A stretch of DNA of 51,898 bases from Ignavibacteria bacterium (GCA_043744495.1 JAYTUN010000171.1:1-51898); one strand, 5' to 3'; numbered from the stretch's first letter, positions 28,386 through 39,986 are shown. The notes: generated by a model not told the origin, from the letters alone. Translations and numbers: made by a program.

Positions 28386-28924
28386 TAATGTATTTTATTC
28401 GTAATTATTATTGTAAGAGGCAAAGATAACCATTTGAACTGAAGCATTAAATCCATATAGTTATTCATCAAACCCCCCCTTTTTTCGCCTTCCTGACTGC
28501 CTCTGGCAGTTAAAAAGGAGGGAAGATAATCTATAGTTTTCTATTAACCACAATTAAAACCAAATCGTTTCTGAGGATTTTCAGTTTGAATATGACGGGG
28601 ACGCAAAAACATTCATGAAGATCATTAAAGAACTGAATAAGTGAGCTTGCAGATATCTGAGTACCTGGGAATATTAAATGATATTTGGGATGAGAATATC
28701 AAGCGTGTAAATAGAATAAATTCTTTTCTATTGAAACGATAAATTCTTCTCCAAATTGTCCATTTTTAGCCTGTTTTTGAGCGGTATTACTGACACTTTA
28801 CTGACAGAATTGGAAATTTGAGTTATAGAGTTATTCGACAAAATCAATTTGTTAAATATATAGATTTTCCTTTAAATGCCTGCCGAATATCTCAATAAAA
28901 ATACTTTTCAAAAAATAATATGTT

Positions 28925-28953
28925 AAAAAATAGCCCTTAAAAGGGCTATTTTT
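28925..28953. terminator. bidirectional terminator-like hairpin
   Basis: AAAAATAGCCCTT-AA-AAGGGCTATTTTT. Confidence 0.6.
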
Positions 28954-28963
28954 AATTTTGCAC

Positions 28964-29015
28964 TTGACAACTAAAACAATAATCGTAATATTGTTGAAGT
29001 TAACAAGTTCAACAA
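28964..29015 (+). promoter_or_regulatory. putative promoter and operator of the TrmB-like gene
   Basis: TTGACA at 28964; TTGTTGAA-N9-TTCAACAA inverted repeat at 28991-29015. Confidence 0.55.
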
Positions 29016-29024
29016 AATTACTAA

Positions 29025-29897
29025 ATGTCTACTGAACAAAATAAACTGATTGAAGAGTTAAAAAATCTGGGTTTTAATGAATATAAAGCAAAGGTTTTTC
29101 TTGCTTTGTGCAAAGGCAGTTTAATGACGGCTACAGAAATTGCAAAGGATGCCAAAATTGTACGCGGCTCTATATATGATATTCTTAAATCCTTCGTTGA
29201 AAAAGGTTACTGCAATGAAATTGAGACCAATAGAGTATTACAATATCAAATTATAGACCCGGAAGTTATCATTGATAAGATCGAAAGAGATTACAAAGAG
29301 GAATATCGCAATAAGTTATCCCGTCTTAAAAGTACATTCAAAGAAGTAAAAAATATTTATTCTGCACAAATTCCGGCGGATGGTAAATATATTAACATTG
29401 AGTTGATTAGGGGATTCAATAAGCATAGGGTAGCAAAATATCGTGAGTTCCTGTTAAATGCCGAAAAAGAAGTTTGCGGAATGTATCATATTAAAGGAAT
29501 AGTCAGCGAAGATTCCGATGAAGTTGCCAATGAATTCATCAAAAAAGGCGGGAAGATAAAAGCTATATACAGTTTTAACCTGGATTTTAAAGTTGAGAAA
29601 AATGGTAAGGTTTTGGATGCAGAAAAAGATGATTTCATTAAAGTTATCAGTCAATTTGAAAAAATGGGTGAAGATGTAAGGATATCTAAATTAAATATTC
29701 CCAACATGACTATAGTTGATCGTGAGAATGTGTTTATTAGCTCTACGGATAAAGATATACCAAAACAATTTCAGGCTGATCTTATTATGAGGCGAACTGA
29801 ATTTGCAAAAAATATGTACGACCTGTTTAACTATCACTGGAATGATTCTCTTACAATAGAAGAGTTTATGAAAAAAGAGATTAAATTAAATAAATAA
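29025..29897 (+). CDS. TrmB-family transcriptional regulator
   Basis: LKNLGFNEYKAKVFLAL..TATEIAK..RGSIYDILKSFVEKGY winged HTH plus C-terminal effector domain (MTIVDRE). Confidence 0.88.
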   Translation: MSTEQNKLIEELKNLGFNEYKAKVFLALCKGSLMTATEIAKDAKIVRGSIYDILKSFVEKGYCNEIETNRVLQYQIIDPEVIIDKIERDYKEEYRNKLSRLKSTFKEVKNIYSAQIPADGKYINIELIRGFNKHRVAKYREFLLNAEKEVCGMYHIKGIVSEDSDEVANEFIKKGGKIKAIYSFNLDFKVEKNGKVLDAEKDDFIKVISQFEKMGEDVRISKLNIPNMTIVDRENVFISSTDKDIPKQFQADLIMRRTEFAKNMYDLFNYHWNDSLTIEEFMKKEIKLNK

Positions 29898-29902
29898 CTA
29901 TC

Positions 29903-31228
29903 ATGAAAAAATTAACGAAGTTTCTGTTTATCACATTTATAATAGTATTTTCTCAAAATGCATTTGCACAATGGATAATACAGGGTTTTGTAGCTGGATT
30001 GGGGGGATATCCCAGTATTTCAGTGTATTCACCTTCAGAATTAATCGTAGCAGGTGGCACATCAAACAGCCCAAAAGTATATAAGTCGGTAAACAATGGG
30101 GTAAGCTGGGCAAACATTACAGGCAATATGACAGGGGCTGGATTGTCCTGTGTCTGGGCTGTAAATGCAAACCTGATATTTGCAGGGGACGACGGAGGAA
30201 GCATTGGAAATGCAAAGATGTGGAAAACGACAGACGGTGGAATGACATGGTCGGTAATTTTAACAACAGGGGGGACAAACGGATATTTTAACGGAATAGT
30301 TTTCTCGAGGACAAACCCTTTAATAGGTATTGCACAAAGCGATCCGCCCACGCAGAATGGTCCTCATTATCTTGCAAAAACTACTGACGGGGGAAATACA
30401 TGGAACACGCAAACTACCATATCGACTAATGGAAATGCTATTACCGGAGCGGTTGTTTGCATAGACAATCTGTTTTACGGGTGGGGCATCTATCCTCCGG
30501 CAAGAGTTGTAATAACAAGTGATGGGGGAGTAACATGGTACCAAAGCAACATTTCCGGTGGTAATTCTACTCAGGGCCTCGCTTTCAGCTCAGATAAATT
30601 GACAGGTGTTGCAGTAAGCAATAACTCATTGCCGTTTATTTCACGCACATCTGATGGCGGTGTTACATGGTCATCTTTAAATACAGGTCTGCCTATAACA
30701 GGTGCTTTTCCTAAAGTAAGATGGGTATATGGAACAAATACATGTTATATAATATCAGAAGCAGGCACAAGCGGCTGCGCTGGTAAAAGCACTGACGGCG
30801 GTTTAACATGGACTATTATGAACACAGGCGGAATAACCGGACTATTCGATATGGACCTCGTATTTATTAACGGTCAAGTTTCTGCTTATTCAGTAACTAA
30901 TAACGGAAGTGTTTTGAAATTAAATGAAGTTTTGGGTATAACCCCAATCAGCAGCACAATACCTGCTGGATATTCACTTAATCAAAATTATCCCAATCCT
31001 TTTAATCCGACAACCAAAATAAAATTTGCAATACCTAATTCTTCTTTTGTAAAGCTTATTGTTTATGATGCGCTAGGCAGAGAAATCGAAACATTGGTCA
31101 ATGAACATTTGAGTGCGGGTACTTACGAAACCGATTGGAATGCTGCTAATTATCCATCGGGTGTTTATTTTTATACAATAACCTCAGGCGGATTTACACA
31201 AACAAATAAAATGTTGATGATTAAATAA
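29903..31228 (+). CDS. secreted BNR/Asp-box beta-propeller protein with secretion (T9SS-type) C-terminal tail
   Basis: Signal peptide, repeated [24 protein letters not shown] tail. Confidence 0.9.
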   Translation: MKKLTKFLFITFIIVFSQNAFAQWIIQGFVAGLGGYPSISVYSPSELIVAGGTSNSPKVYKSVNNGVSWANITGNMTGAGLSCVWAVNANLIFAGDDGGSIGNAKMWKTTDGGMTWSVILTTGGTNGYFNGIVFSRTNPLIGIAQSDPPTQNGPHYLAKTTDGGNTWNTQTTISTNGNAITGAVVCIDNLFYGWGIYPPARVVITSDGGVTWYQSNISGGNSTQGLAFSSDKLTGVAVSNNSLPFISRTSDGGVTWSSLNTGLPITGAFPKVRWVYGTNTCYIISEAGTSGCAGKSTDGGLTWTIMNTGGITGLFDMDLVFINGQVSAYSVTNNGSVLKLNEVLGITPISSTIPAGYSLNQNYPNPFNPTTKIKFAIPNSSFVKLIVYDALGREIETLVNEHLSAGTYETDWNAANYPSGVYFYTITSGGFTQTNKMLMIK

Positions 31229-31340
31229 CGAAGTTACTTAATCTGTCCGAAGGACTCCTTCGGAGAAATCCCGAAACCTCGGGAATGTTGATAAAATAAT
31301 AAATTTCTATCACTAATAAATAATTAAAAACCAATTAACT

Positions 31341-31398
31341 GACCACCCCTCCGCTTCGCTCCTCCCCTCCTTAATAAGGAGGGGACAAAGGGGAGGTC
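31341..31398. repeat. REP-like repeat
   Basis: GACCACCCCTCCGCTTCGCTCC + TCCCCTCCTTAATAAGGAGGGGA + GGGGAGGTC. Confidence 0.65.
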
Positions 31399-31415
31399 TT
31401 AAAGGAGAAAACAAA

Positions 31416-32654
31416 ATGTTGAACACAGTGAAATCCGCCTTTGGCGGGAAAACAATATTCTTAACAATCGTTCTAAGCATTCTATCTGTTCAAATATCTA
31501 ATGCGCAATGGGTGCAAATGAATACTGGGATGGGCAATCAAACTATTAACTCATTAGCAGTAAACGGAAATAATATATTTGCCGGAACTTTTAATAATGC
31601 TCCGGGTAATGGTGTATATAAATCAACAGATAACGGCACAACGTGGACTCAAACTGGTTTAAATTATGGAAATGTTGTTTCATTAGCAGCAAACGGAAAG
31701 AATATCTTCGCCGGAATGGGTTATCCTATGTATACCGGTGTATATTTATCAACAGATAACGGCACAACGTGGACTCAAACCTCTTTAAATAATCGTGGTG
31801 TTTATTCATTAGCAGTAAACGGAAATAGAATTTTTGCCGGAACTAATAGTAGTAATGGTCTATATTTATCTTCAGATAACGGCACAAGCTGGACTCAGAC
31901 TTCTATAAGTCACAGTGTTGGGTCACTTGCAATAATCGGAAATAATGTCTTCGCCGGAACATATCTGAGCGGTGTATATCTATCCACAGATAACGGCACA
32001 ACGTGGAGTCAAACTTCTTTAAATAATCAAAGTGTTGGGTCACTTGCAATAATCCGAAATAATGTCTTTGCCGGAACTTATGCTCCGGGTACCGGAGTAT
32101 ATTTATCCACAAATAACGGAACAACATGGACTCAAACTTCTTTAAATGATCAAAGGATTTTTTCATTAGTCGTAAGCGGGAATAATATCTTCGCCGGAAC
32201 ATATAATGGAGTTTATGTTTCCAATGATAATGGAACAAGCTGGGCTCAATGGAATGAGGGTTTACTCAGTAGAGTAGCCGCTTTTTGTATATTAAATAAT
32301 TACATTTTTGGAGGCACAAATAGTTTTAGTGTTTTCAAGCGACCGCTTAGCGAGCTTACAGGCATTCAAATAATCTCCAACGAAATCCCAAACAAATTTT
32401 CGCTTTCCCAGAATTATCCGAATCCGTTTAATCCAAGTACAAAGATAAAATTTGCTTTGGCAAATAATTCATTTGCAAAGCTTGTTATTTTCGATGCGAT
32501 TGGAAGAGAAGTGGAGACATTAGTTAATGAGCAATTAAACGCCGGAACTTATGAAGCAGATTGGGATGCATCGAATTATTCCTCAGGAATATATTTTTAT
32601 AAGTTAATTTCCAATCAATTTACTGAAACTAGAAAAATGATTCTTATGAAGTAG
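31416..32654 (+). CDS. secreted BNR-repeat beta-propeller protein with secretion tail
   Basis: Seven repeats of [31 protein letters not shown]; QNYPNPFNP tail. Confidence 0.9.
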   Translation: MLNTVKSAFGGKTIFLTIVLSILSVQISNAQWVQMNTGMGNQTINSLAVNGNNIFAGTFNNAPGNGVYKSTDNGTTWTQTGLNYGNVVSLAANGKNIFAGMGYPMYTGVYLSTDNGTTWTQTSLNNRGVYSLAVNGNRIFAGTNSSNGLYLSSDNGTSWTQTSISHSVGSLAIIGNNVFAGTYLSGVYLSTDNGTTWSQTSLNNQSVGSLAIIRNNVFAGTYAPGTGVYLSTNNGTTWTQTSLNDQRIFSLVVSGNNIFAGTYNGVYVSNDNGTSWAQWNEGLLSRVAAFCILNNYIFGGTNSFSVFKRPLSELTGIQIISNEIPNKFSLSQNYPNPFNPSTKIKFALANNSFAKLVIFDAIGREVETLVNEQLNAGTYEADWDASNYSSGIYFYKLISNQFTETRKMILMK

Positions 32655-32845
32655 CAAGTTGAGGTCAGAGAATATCTCTGACCGAAATCCCGCTTTGCGG
32701 GGCGGAGTGTATTACTATAAACTTACAACAAGCGACTACGCTGAAACAAAGAAAATGCTGCTAATCAAATAGCGATAGCTATTTGATAGTAGTCCCGATT
32801 ACTCGGGGTTGATGATAAAATAAATTAATCTAAAACTATAACAAT

Positions 32846-34069
32846 ATGAAAACAATAATTTTAATTATTCTTTTGTTCGCTTTATCTGGGCAAATATCCA
32901 AAGCTCAATGGGTTGAAATGTCAAATGGTATAGGTAGTATATGGGTGTCCTCTTTAGCTGTTAGCGGAAACAATATTTTTGCTGGGACTTCACCCGGATC
33001 AGGGATCTTTAAATCTACCGATAACGGATTAAGCTGGAACCAAACATCATTAAATAATCAAGATATCCGTTCAATAGCAGTAAACGGAAACATAATTTAT
33101 GCTGGAAGTTTATCAGGAAATGGAGTATATAAATCTACAGATAACGGTACATCGTGGATTCAAACCTCTTTAAATAATATAACGATTCGTTCATTAGCTG
33201 TTAACGGTAATTATGTATATGCCGGAGCATATACTCCAAATTTTGGAGTATATAGATCTACTGATAATGGTACAACATGGAACCAAACGTCTTTGAATAA
33301 TCAACTTATTCGGGCATTAACAGTAAACGGTAATTATGTCTTTGCTGGAAGCGGGAGTAACCCGTCTACCGGTGTATACAGATCTACGGATAATGGTTCA
33401 AACTGGGTGTTAACTTCATTACATGATTACATCGGCGCTTTATCGGTAAATGGAAATATTATCTTTGCCGGTCTTGGGAATAACCATGGTGTTTCTTTAT
33501 CTACAGATAACGGCGAAACATGGTACCAAACTTCTTTAAGCAGCGGAAGTGTTTATTCATTTGCTTTCAGCGGTAATAATGTATTTGCCGGTACCTTCAG
33601 CGCAGGTGTATATATGTCCACTAATAACGGCTTGACCTGGGCTCAAAGAAACGAGGGGTTATCAACAAATAATACATTAGTCTATGATTTATGTATTTTA
33701 AACAGTTACATTTTTGCCGGGATCGGAAATGCCGCACCTATGGGAGTTTACAGAAGGCCGTTAGGTGAGCTTATTGGGATTCATTCAATATCCTCAGAAA
33801 TTCCGGATAAATTTACATTGTTACAAAATTATCCGAATCCGTTTAATCCGGCAACAAAGATAAAATTTGCATTGCCAAATAGTTCATTTGCAAAGCTGGT
33901 AATTTATGATGCGCTTGGCAGGGTAGTGGAAACATTAATAAATGAACATTTAAAAGCCGGCACTTATGAAGCTGATTGGTCAGCCGGTAAGTATTCAAGC
34001 GGAATATATTTCTATACATTAACTTCTGGTACTTTCAGCCGGACAAATAAAATGCTGCTTTTAAAATAA
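32846..34069 (+). CDS. secreted BNR-repeat beta-propeller protein with secretion tail (paralog of the previous gene)
   Basis: Same repeat unit and tail. Confidence 0.9.
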   Translation: MKTIILIILLFALSGQISKAQWVEMSNGIGSIWVSSLAVSGNNIFAGTSPGSGIFKSTDNGLSWNQTSLNNQDIRSIAVNGNIIYAGSLSGNGVYKSTDNGTSWIQTSLNNITIRSLAVNGNYVYAGAYTPNFGVYRSTDNGTTWNQTSLNNQLIRALTVNGNYVFAGSGSNPSTGVYRSTDNGSNWVLTSLHDYIGALSVNGNIIFAGLGNNHGVSLSTDNGETWYQTSLSSGSVYSFAFSGNNVFAGTFSAGVYMSTNNGLTWAQRNEGLSTNNTLVYDLCILNSYIFAGIGNAAPMGVYRRPLGELIGIHSISSEIPDKFTLLQNYPNPFNPATKIKFALPNSSFAKLVIYDALGRVVETLINEHLKAGTYEADWSAGKYSSGIYFYTLTSGTFSRTNKMLLLK

Positions 34070-36048
34070 TGATTATGTTGAAGAAATTATTAAACAAAAT
34101 AAAATCTATCTTTGCCATAGCGGCATTTTTCTTCATAAGTGCTGTAATGGTTCTATTTATTAATGGAAGCAGCGGCTCTGATTTTATTTTTCAAAATAAC
34201 AATTTACCGGTTCCGGTTTTCAATTCACTCATTTCAGTACCTGACACATTCTTCTGCGCAACAATGGAATCTTACTATAGAATGATTAAGGAAGACCCTG
34301 ATTATAAAAAAAGTCAGCTTGAACTTGAAATTTTTACAAAAAGTTATATAAAAAATATAAAACCCGGGGATAGAGGTGTTGTTAAAATACCTATAGTTGT
34401 TCATGTAGTATACAATACTCCAGAACAGAATATTCCCAACGCAGTTGTTCAGTCACAGATAGACGTATTAAATATTGATTTCCGGAGATTAAATGCAGAT
34501 ACAATAAACACTCCTGCGCCGTTTAAACCTTTGGGCGGAGATTCTAAGATAGAATTTGTACTTGCAAAAAGAGACCCGCAGGGAAATCCTTCGATTGGAA
34601 TTACGAGGACCCAAACACCTGTTGTAATGTTTCAGCCTGATGACCAGGTTAAATTTACCTCAATTGGCGGGCATGATATTTGGGATAGAGATAAATATCT
34701 TAACATTTGGGTTTGCAACCTCAGTTTTCTGGGAGGTTACGCACAATTTCCCGGAGGAAATTCTGCTACTGACGGAAATGTAATTAATTACAGAGTTTTC
34801 GGAACTATTGGAACAGTTATTATACCATCCTCCAGAGGCAGGGTTGCTACTCATGAAATAGGTCATTGGTTTAACCTCAGGCATATATGGGGTGATGCTG
34901 ATTGCGGTAATGATTTTGTAGATGATACTCCAACAGCTCAGGCTCCGAATTCGGGCTGCCCATCTTTCCCGCATGTGACATGCGGTAACGCACCAAACGG
35001 AGACATGTATATGAATTACATGGATTATACATTTGAGAATTGTAAGAATATTTATACAATCGGACAATCAAACAGAATGAATGCATGTTTGAATGGTGTA
35101 AGGTCAAGTCTGCTTACTTCAAACGGCGGAAATCCTGTCAGCGGAGTTCCTATAGCTCATTTCAGATCAGATAAAATGACGATAAATATTGGACAAAGTA
35201 TAAATTTCTTTGATGAATCAGGTGGAATCCCAACAAGCTGGCAATGGACATTTGAAGGCGGAATTCCCTCTACATCAAATCTTCAAAATCCTTCAGTTAT
35301 ATATACCAACGGAGGGTATTATTCGGTAAAACTAAAGATTTCGAATTCATACGGAACAGATTCCGTAAATTATATTAATTATGTTAAAGTATTGGGAGTT
35401 AATATGTCAGCTTTTTCCTTAGTTAACCCTCCCTCAAATACATTTATTAATACTGCTGCAACTGATACGACAAGGATTATTTTCACGTGGACTAAAGCAA
35501 GCTCAAATTCGTCAATCAGATATAAATGGAAGATTCGAAGAAATGGTTATCCCGGTGAAATTACATTAAATAGTAACAATAATGGTTCTGATTCTTTAAT
35601 TTCACTCAGAAACAGCTTACTTGATTCAATTGCAATCGGATTTCCCGGAAGCGGTGATACGGTGTTTTGTCTTTGGAGAGTTTCTTCCTATAATGGCACT
35701 GATTCATTGTTATCCCAGAATCAATTCGTAGTATATTTAATTAAACACCCAATTGGCATAAAAGTGATTTTATCCTTGATCCCTAAAGAATTCAATTTAT
35801 TCCAAAATTATCCTAACCCCTTCAACCCCGTAACAAAAATCAGATTTTCATTACCTATAAATTCTTTTGCAAAGCTTATAGTATACGATATGCTTGGCAG
35901 GGAACTGGAAACTTTAATAAATGAACAGTTAAAAGCCGGCACTTACGAAACCAGCTGGAACGCTTCAAATTTTTCAAGCGGAATTTATTTTTACAGGCTA
36001 ATATCAGCTGATTATTCACAAACTAAGAAAATGCTGATTGTTAAGTAA
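34069..36048 (+). CDS. M43 (pappalysin/ulilysin-like) zinc metalloprotease with PKD domain and secretion tail
   Basis: IPIVVHVVY, HEIGHWFNLRH, MNYMDY Met-turn, [23 protein letters not shown]. Confidence 0.92.
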   Translation: MIMLKKLLNKIKSIFAIAAFFFISAVMVLFINGSSGSDFIFQNNNLPVPVFNSLISVPDTFFCATMESYYRMIKEDPDYKKSQLELEIFTKSYIKNIKPGDRGVVKIPIVVHVVYNTPEQNIPNAVVQSQIDVLNIDFRRLNADTINTPAPFKPLGGDSKIEFVLAKRDPQGNPSIGITRTQTPVVMFQPDDQVKFTSIGGHDIWDRDKYLNIWVCNLSFLGGYAQFPGGNSATDGNVINYRVFGTIGTVIIPSSRGRVATHEIGHWFNLRHIWGDADCGNDFVDDTPTAQAPNSGCPSFPHVTCGNAPNGDMYMNYMDYTFENCKNIYTIGQSNRMNACLNGVRSSLLTSNGGNPVSGVPIAHFRSDKMTINIGQSINFFDESGGIPTSWQWTFEGGIPSTSNLQNPSVIYTNGGYYSVKLKISNSYGTDSVNYINYVKVLGVNMSAFSLVNPPSNTFINTAATDTTRIIFTWTKASSNSSIRYKWKIRRNGYPGEITLNSNNNGSDSLISLRNSLLDSIAIGFPGSGDTVFCLWRVSSYNGTDSLLSQNQFVVYLIKHPIGIKVILSLIPKEFNLFQNYPNPFNPVTKIRFSLPINSFAKLIVYDMLGRELETLINEQLKAGTYETSWNASNFSSGIYFYRLISADYSQTKKMLIVK

Positions 36049-36110
36049 TATAATTGCTTAATCAGCGTTATTATTAAAACATGATTTTTAAAAATTAAAA
36101 TTATACAAAA

Positions 36111-37547
36111 ATGAAAAAACTAATTTATCTTTCTATACTTCTGTTTATTTCTATTTCAATCCGGGCCCAGTGGCAGCCTGAAGTCAGGCTAACCAATGAT
36201 CCTGCGCTTACATATAACAGTTTTTCCGGCGCCCGCTCAATTGCAGTGAACGGGAATTACATTCATTCAACGTTTACAGACGACAGAGCAGGAAACTTCG
36301 ATGTCTATTATAAACGCTCAACAGACGGAGGAGTGAGTTTTGAAGCTGATAGACAGTTGACAACTGATGTGTTCAATTCGCATAATTCAGCTATAGCTGT
36401 TTCAGGCTCGAATGTCTATATTGTCTGGTATGACAGTCGTGACGGAAACCGTGAGCTATATTATTCATTATCTAATGATAACGGTGATACATGGTCTGCT
36501 GATACAAGACTGACAAACAATCCAGGTGAGTCATGGCATCCATCTGTAACGGTTAGCGGCAGTGTTGTGCAAATTGTATGGCATGATGATACTCCGGGCA
36601 ACAATGAGATATTCTACAAACGTTCCAATGACGGTGGTAATACATGGACAGCGGATATGCAGCTAAGTAATACATCGGGTTCATCAAATATGCCCGGAAT
36701 TGCAGTTTCCGGTTCCAATGTTCACGTTTGCTGGTATGATTCTACAGCAGGCAACTGGGAAATTTACTACAAGCGTTCCACCGATGGCGGTTCAAGTTGG
36801 GGAGCCGATACAAGACTCACCAATAATACAGCCAGTTCACTATACCCTTCCATAGCTGTTTCAGGTTCAAATGTTCATATAGCCTGGACAGACAATCGTA
36901 ACGGACCCTTAAGTATATTGTATAAGCGTTCAACGAACGGAGGAACCAGCTGGGGCTCAGATATTGCCATGGTCAAGCACAATCAATATAGTGTTTTTCC
37001 TTCTTTGGCGGTAAACGGTTCAATAGTGCATCTGGTATTTCACAATCTCTCGAATAATCTGGATATATGCTACAAGATATCTACAAATAGCGGCGCAACC
37101 TGGCAAACTCAAGTACAATTGACTACTAATCCATCCAATTCACAGATTCCGTCTATTGCTGTTTCGGGTTCTAATATTCACGTATCATTCCGCGATGACC
37201 GTGACGGGAATGCTGAAATATATTATAAACGTTTTATAGGTACTGCCACCGGAAGACCGACAGAGATTTCAAATAATAATCCTGAGAGTTTTTCATTGTC
37301 ACAAAACTATCCTAATCCTTTCAATCCAAGTACAAAGATAAAATTTGCTTTGCCAAATAGTTCATTTGCAAAGCTGGTAATTTATGATGCTCTTGGGAGG
37401 GTTGTTGAGACATTAGTTAATGAACAATTAAACGCAGGAAAATATGAAGCTGTTTGGAAAGCCGATAGGTTTTCAAGCGGTGTATATTATTATGAACTTA
37501 CATCAGGTGAGTTCAGACAGACGAATAAAATGCTGCTCATAAAATAA
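36111..37547 (+). CDS. secreted sialidase-like BNR propeller protein with secretion tail
   Basis: Repeats VHIVW.D.RDGN.EIYYKRSTDGG.SW..D.RLT; tail. Confidence 0.88.
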   Translation: MKKLIYLSILLFISISIRAQWQPEVRLTNDPALTYNSFSGARSIAVNGNYIHSTFTDDRAGNFDVYYKRSTDGGVSFEADRQLTTDVFNSHNSAIAVSGSNVYIVWYDSRDGNRELYYSLSNDNGDTWSADTRLTNNPGESWHPSVTVSGSVVQIVWHDDTPGNNEIFYKRSNDGGNTWTADMQLSNTSGSSNMPGIAVSGSNVHVCWYDSTAGNWEIYYKRSTDGGSSWGADTRLTNNTASSLYPSIAVSGSNVHIAWTDNRNGPLSILYKRSTNGGTSWGSDIAMVKHNQYSVFPSLAVNGSIVHLVFHNLSNNLDICYKISTNSGATWQTQVQLTTNPSNSQIPSIAVSGSNIHVSFRDDRDGNAEIYYKRFIGTATGRPTEISNNNPESFSLSQNYPNPFNPSTKIKFALPNSSFAKLVIYDALGRVVETLVNEQLNAGKYEAVWKADRFSSGVYYYELTSGEFRQTNKMLLIK

Positions 37548-37699
37548 TTTAATTGATTCCCGTTCTTCGGATTTCTCCCTTAATGAAGGGAAAGTCCGAA
37601 GGACTCCTTTGGGAGACGACTATAACATTAAAATTGTGTATTTTTGCTGAGAACAAATTATTATTTTTAATTAAACGTGTAAAATAAATAAATTTACAT

Positions 37700-39762
37700 A
37701 TGAAGAATTATCTAATGCCTAAATTGTTTTACTTATTTTTTATTATAATTTTTTTCCATTTGCCACATTTTCACAGTGGCAGCCGGATGTACGGCTGACA
37801 AACGATCCCGCTGTATCCAATTTAGCCGATAATAACGCGCGGGCAATAGCCGCTATTTGTAATACTTTGCACGTTGTGTGGAGCGACAACAGGAACGGGA
37901 ACGACGAGATTTATTACAAACGGTCAACTGACGGAGGCATAAGCTGGGGAGCAGATACACGGCTGACTAATAATACTGCTTTTTCATTGGGTCCATCGGT
38001 AGCAATATCAGGCATGGTGGTGCACATAATATGGTGGGATAACCGTTTTGGGAACTTAGAGATTTTTTACAAACGCTCAATAGATGGAGGTCTTAGCTGG
38101 GGAGCAGATACACGATTGACTAATGCCACCAATGGTTCTATTTTCCCTTCTTTGTCAGTATCAGGTTCAGTTGTACATGTTGTTTGGCAGGATGAACGTG
38201 ACGGAAACCAGGAAATATATTACAAACGCTCAACCAACGGAGGCATTACCTGGGAGGCAGACCGCAGGATGACCAATGACCCGCTATCTTCTTATAGGCC
38301 TTCAGTTGCTGTAAATGGTTTATTAGTACATATAATATGGGAAGACTTACGTAACGGGTTTATTAACGGAAATACTGAAATCTATTACAAACGTTCAACC
38401 GATGGCGGAGCAAGCTGGGAGCAGGATACCAGATTGACAAATGATACTTCTATATCCACGTTTTCGTCTGTATCTGTGTCAGGATCTACAGTACATTTTA
38501 CATGGTCAGATTTTAGGGACGGGAATTCCGAGATATATTACAAACGCTCAACAAATGATGGTATAAGCTGGGAAGCAGATACACGGCTTACTAATAACCC
38601 CGGGTTTTCAAGCTGGAATAATGCTACTGCATCAGGTCCGGTTGTTCATGTTACGTGGAGAGAAGACCGCGACGGAAACCAGGAAATTTATTATAAACGC
38701 TCAACAGATAGAGGCATTAACTGGGAGCCGGATGTTAGGTTAACGAATAATAACACAATTTCAGACCGTCCTTTTATAGCAGCTTGGGGACCAAATGTGC
38801 ATATAGTATGGAAGGATAACCGCGATGGCAATTATGAAATATATTATAAACGAGATCCTACTGGTAATGGTATTTATACAGTTTCCGGGCAGGTAACATA
38901 TAGAGATAATAACCAACCGGTTAATAGTGGATTTGTTAAAGCATTATATTATGATGATTTAACCGCAACAATAATTACAGTAGACTCAACAATAATAAAT
39001 TCCAATGGAACTTATTCGCTAACCCATATGCCGCAGGATAGTACTGATTTAATGTATTACCAGAATGATGAAGATAATCTGGATTTTGTACCGACATACT
39101 ATGTTTCTACTATTGACCCAAGAGAGGCAACTAAAATTTATGCTAATCAAAACCTGACAAATATTAACGGACAGGTTTTCAGAATTACAAATACCAATAA
39201 TCCTTTTAATATTAGCGGCGAGTGTACGCAAAATACAGGACTGGATATAACAGGTGGATTGAAAGATGCAATTGTGTATGCGAAAATTGGTAATGAGTTT
39301 AAACATTATGGTATTTCTCAAGCAAATGGAAATTACATTGTTACAAAACTGCCCGCAGGAAGTTATGTGTTAACAGCTCACAGAATGGGATTTGAGCCGG
39401 TTACTCAATATGTTACAATTACAAATAATAGTGTCCCTAATATTAATTTCAATTTTGGAAATCCAATCGGCATTGAACCTATAAACACATTAATTCCTTC
39501 TGGTTTCAAATTGTATCAAAATTATCCCAATCCGTTTAACCCTGCAACAAGAATTAAGTTTGATATCCTAAAGGATGGGAATGTAAAAATTATTATTAAT
39601 GATATTACGGGACGGGAAGTAACAAAATTAGCCGATGAAAATTTAAAAGCAGGTTCATACTCTATAGATTGGAATGCATCTGTGTTTTCAAGCGGTATTT
39701 ACTTTTACAGTATAGAAACTGGCGGCTTTACTGAATGCAGGAAAATGGTTTTAATAAAGTAA
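37700..39762 (+). pseudogene. secreted BNR propeller + carboxypeptidase-regulatory-like domains + secretion tail; frameshift in the signal peptide
   Basis: ATG at 37700 gives MKNYLMPKLFYLFFIIIFF; one extra T in the T7 tract (37749-37755) joins it to PFATFSQWQPDVRLTND and the 37867-39762 ORF. Confidence 0.75.
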
Positions 39763-39986
39763 TTTCTTTAAAATATGAGAGCATTGTTAATTCTGAAGAC
39801 TTAAAATTTTTCTATTTCAAGCTCTTTTTTGCATTATTTTAGTATCAAGCAGGTTTATTTCGGAATGATTAATGAATTTATTAAATCTATTATTTTAATT
39901 ATCATTGTAGAAATAATAATTTTGGGTGTCTGGTCAATATTATGACGCTTAAATTTATCAATTTTATTTTATATTTTACTTATATT

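Noticed and set aside
35479-35494. parS-like 16-mer ATTTTCACGTGGACTA
   Set aside because: At least four mismatches and inside a CDS
29903-39762. Integron cassette array
   Set aside because: Intergenic hairpins lack consistent RYYYAAC/GTTRRRY attC ends, two genes overlap directly and there is no integron integrase
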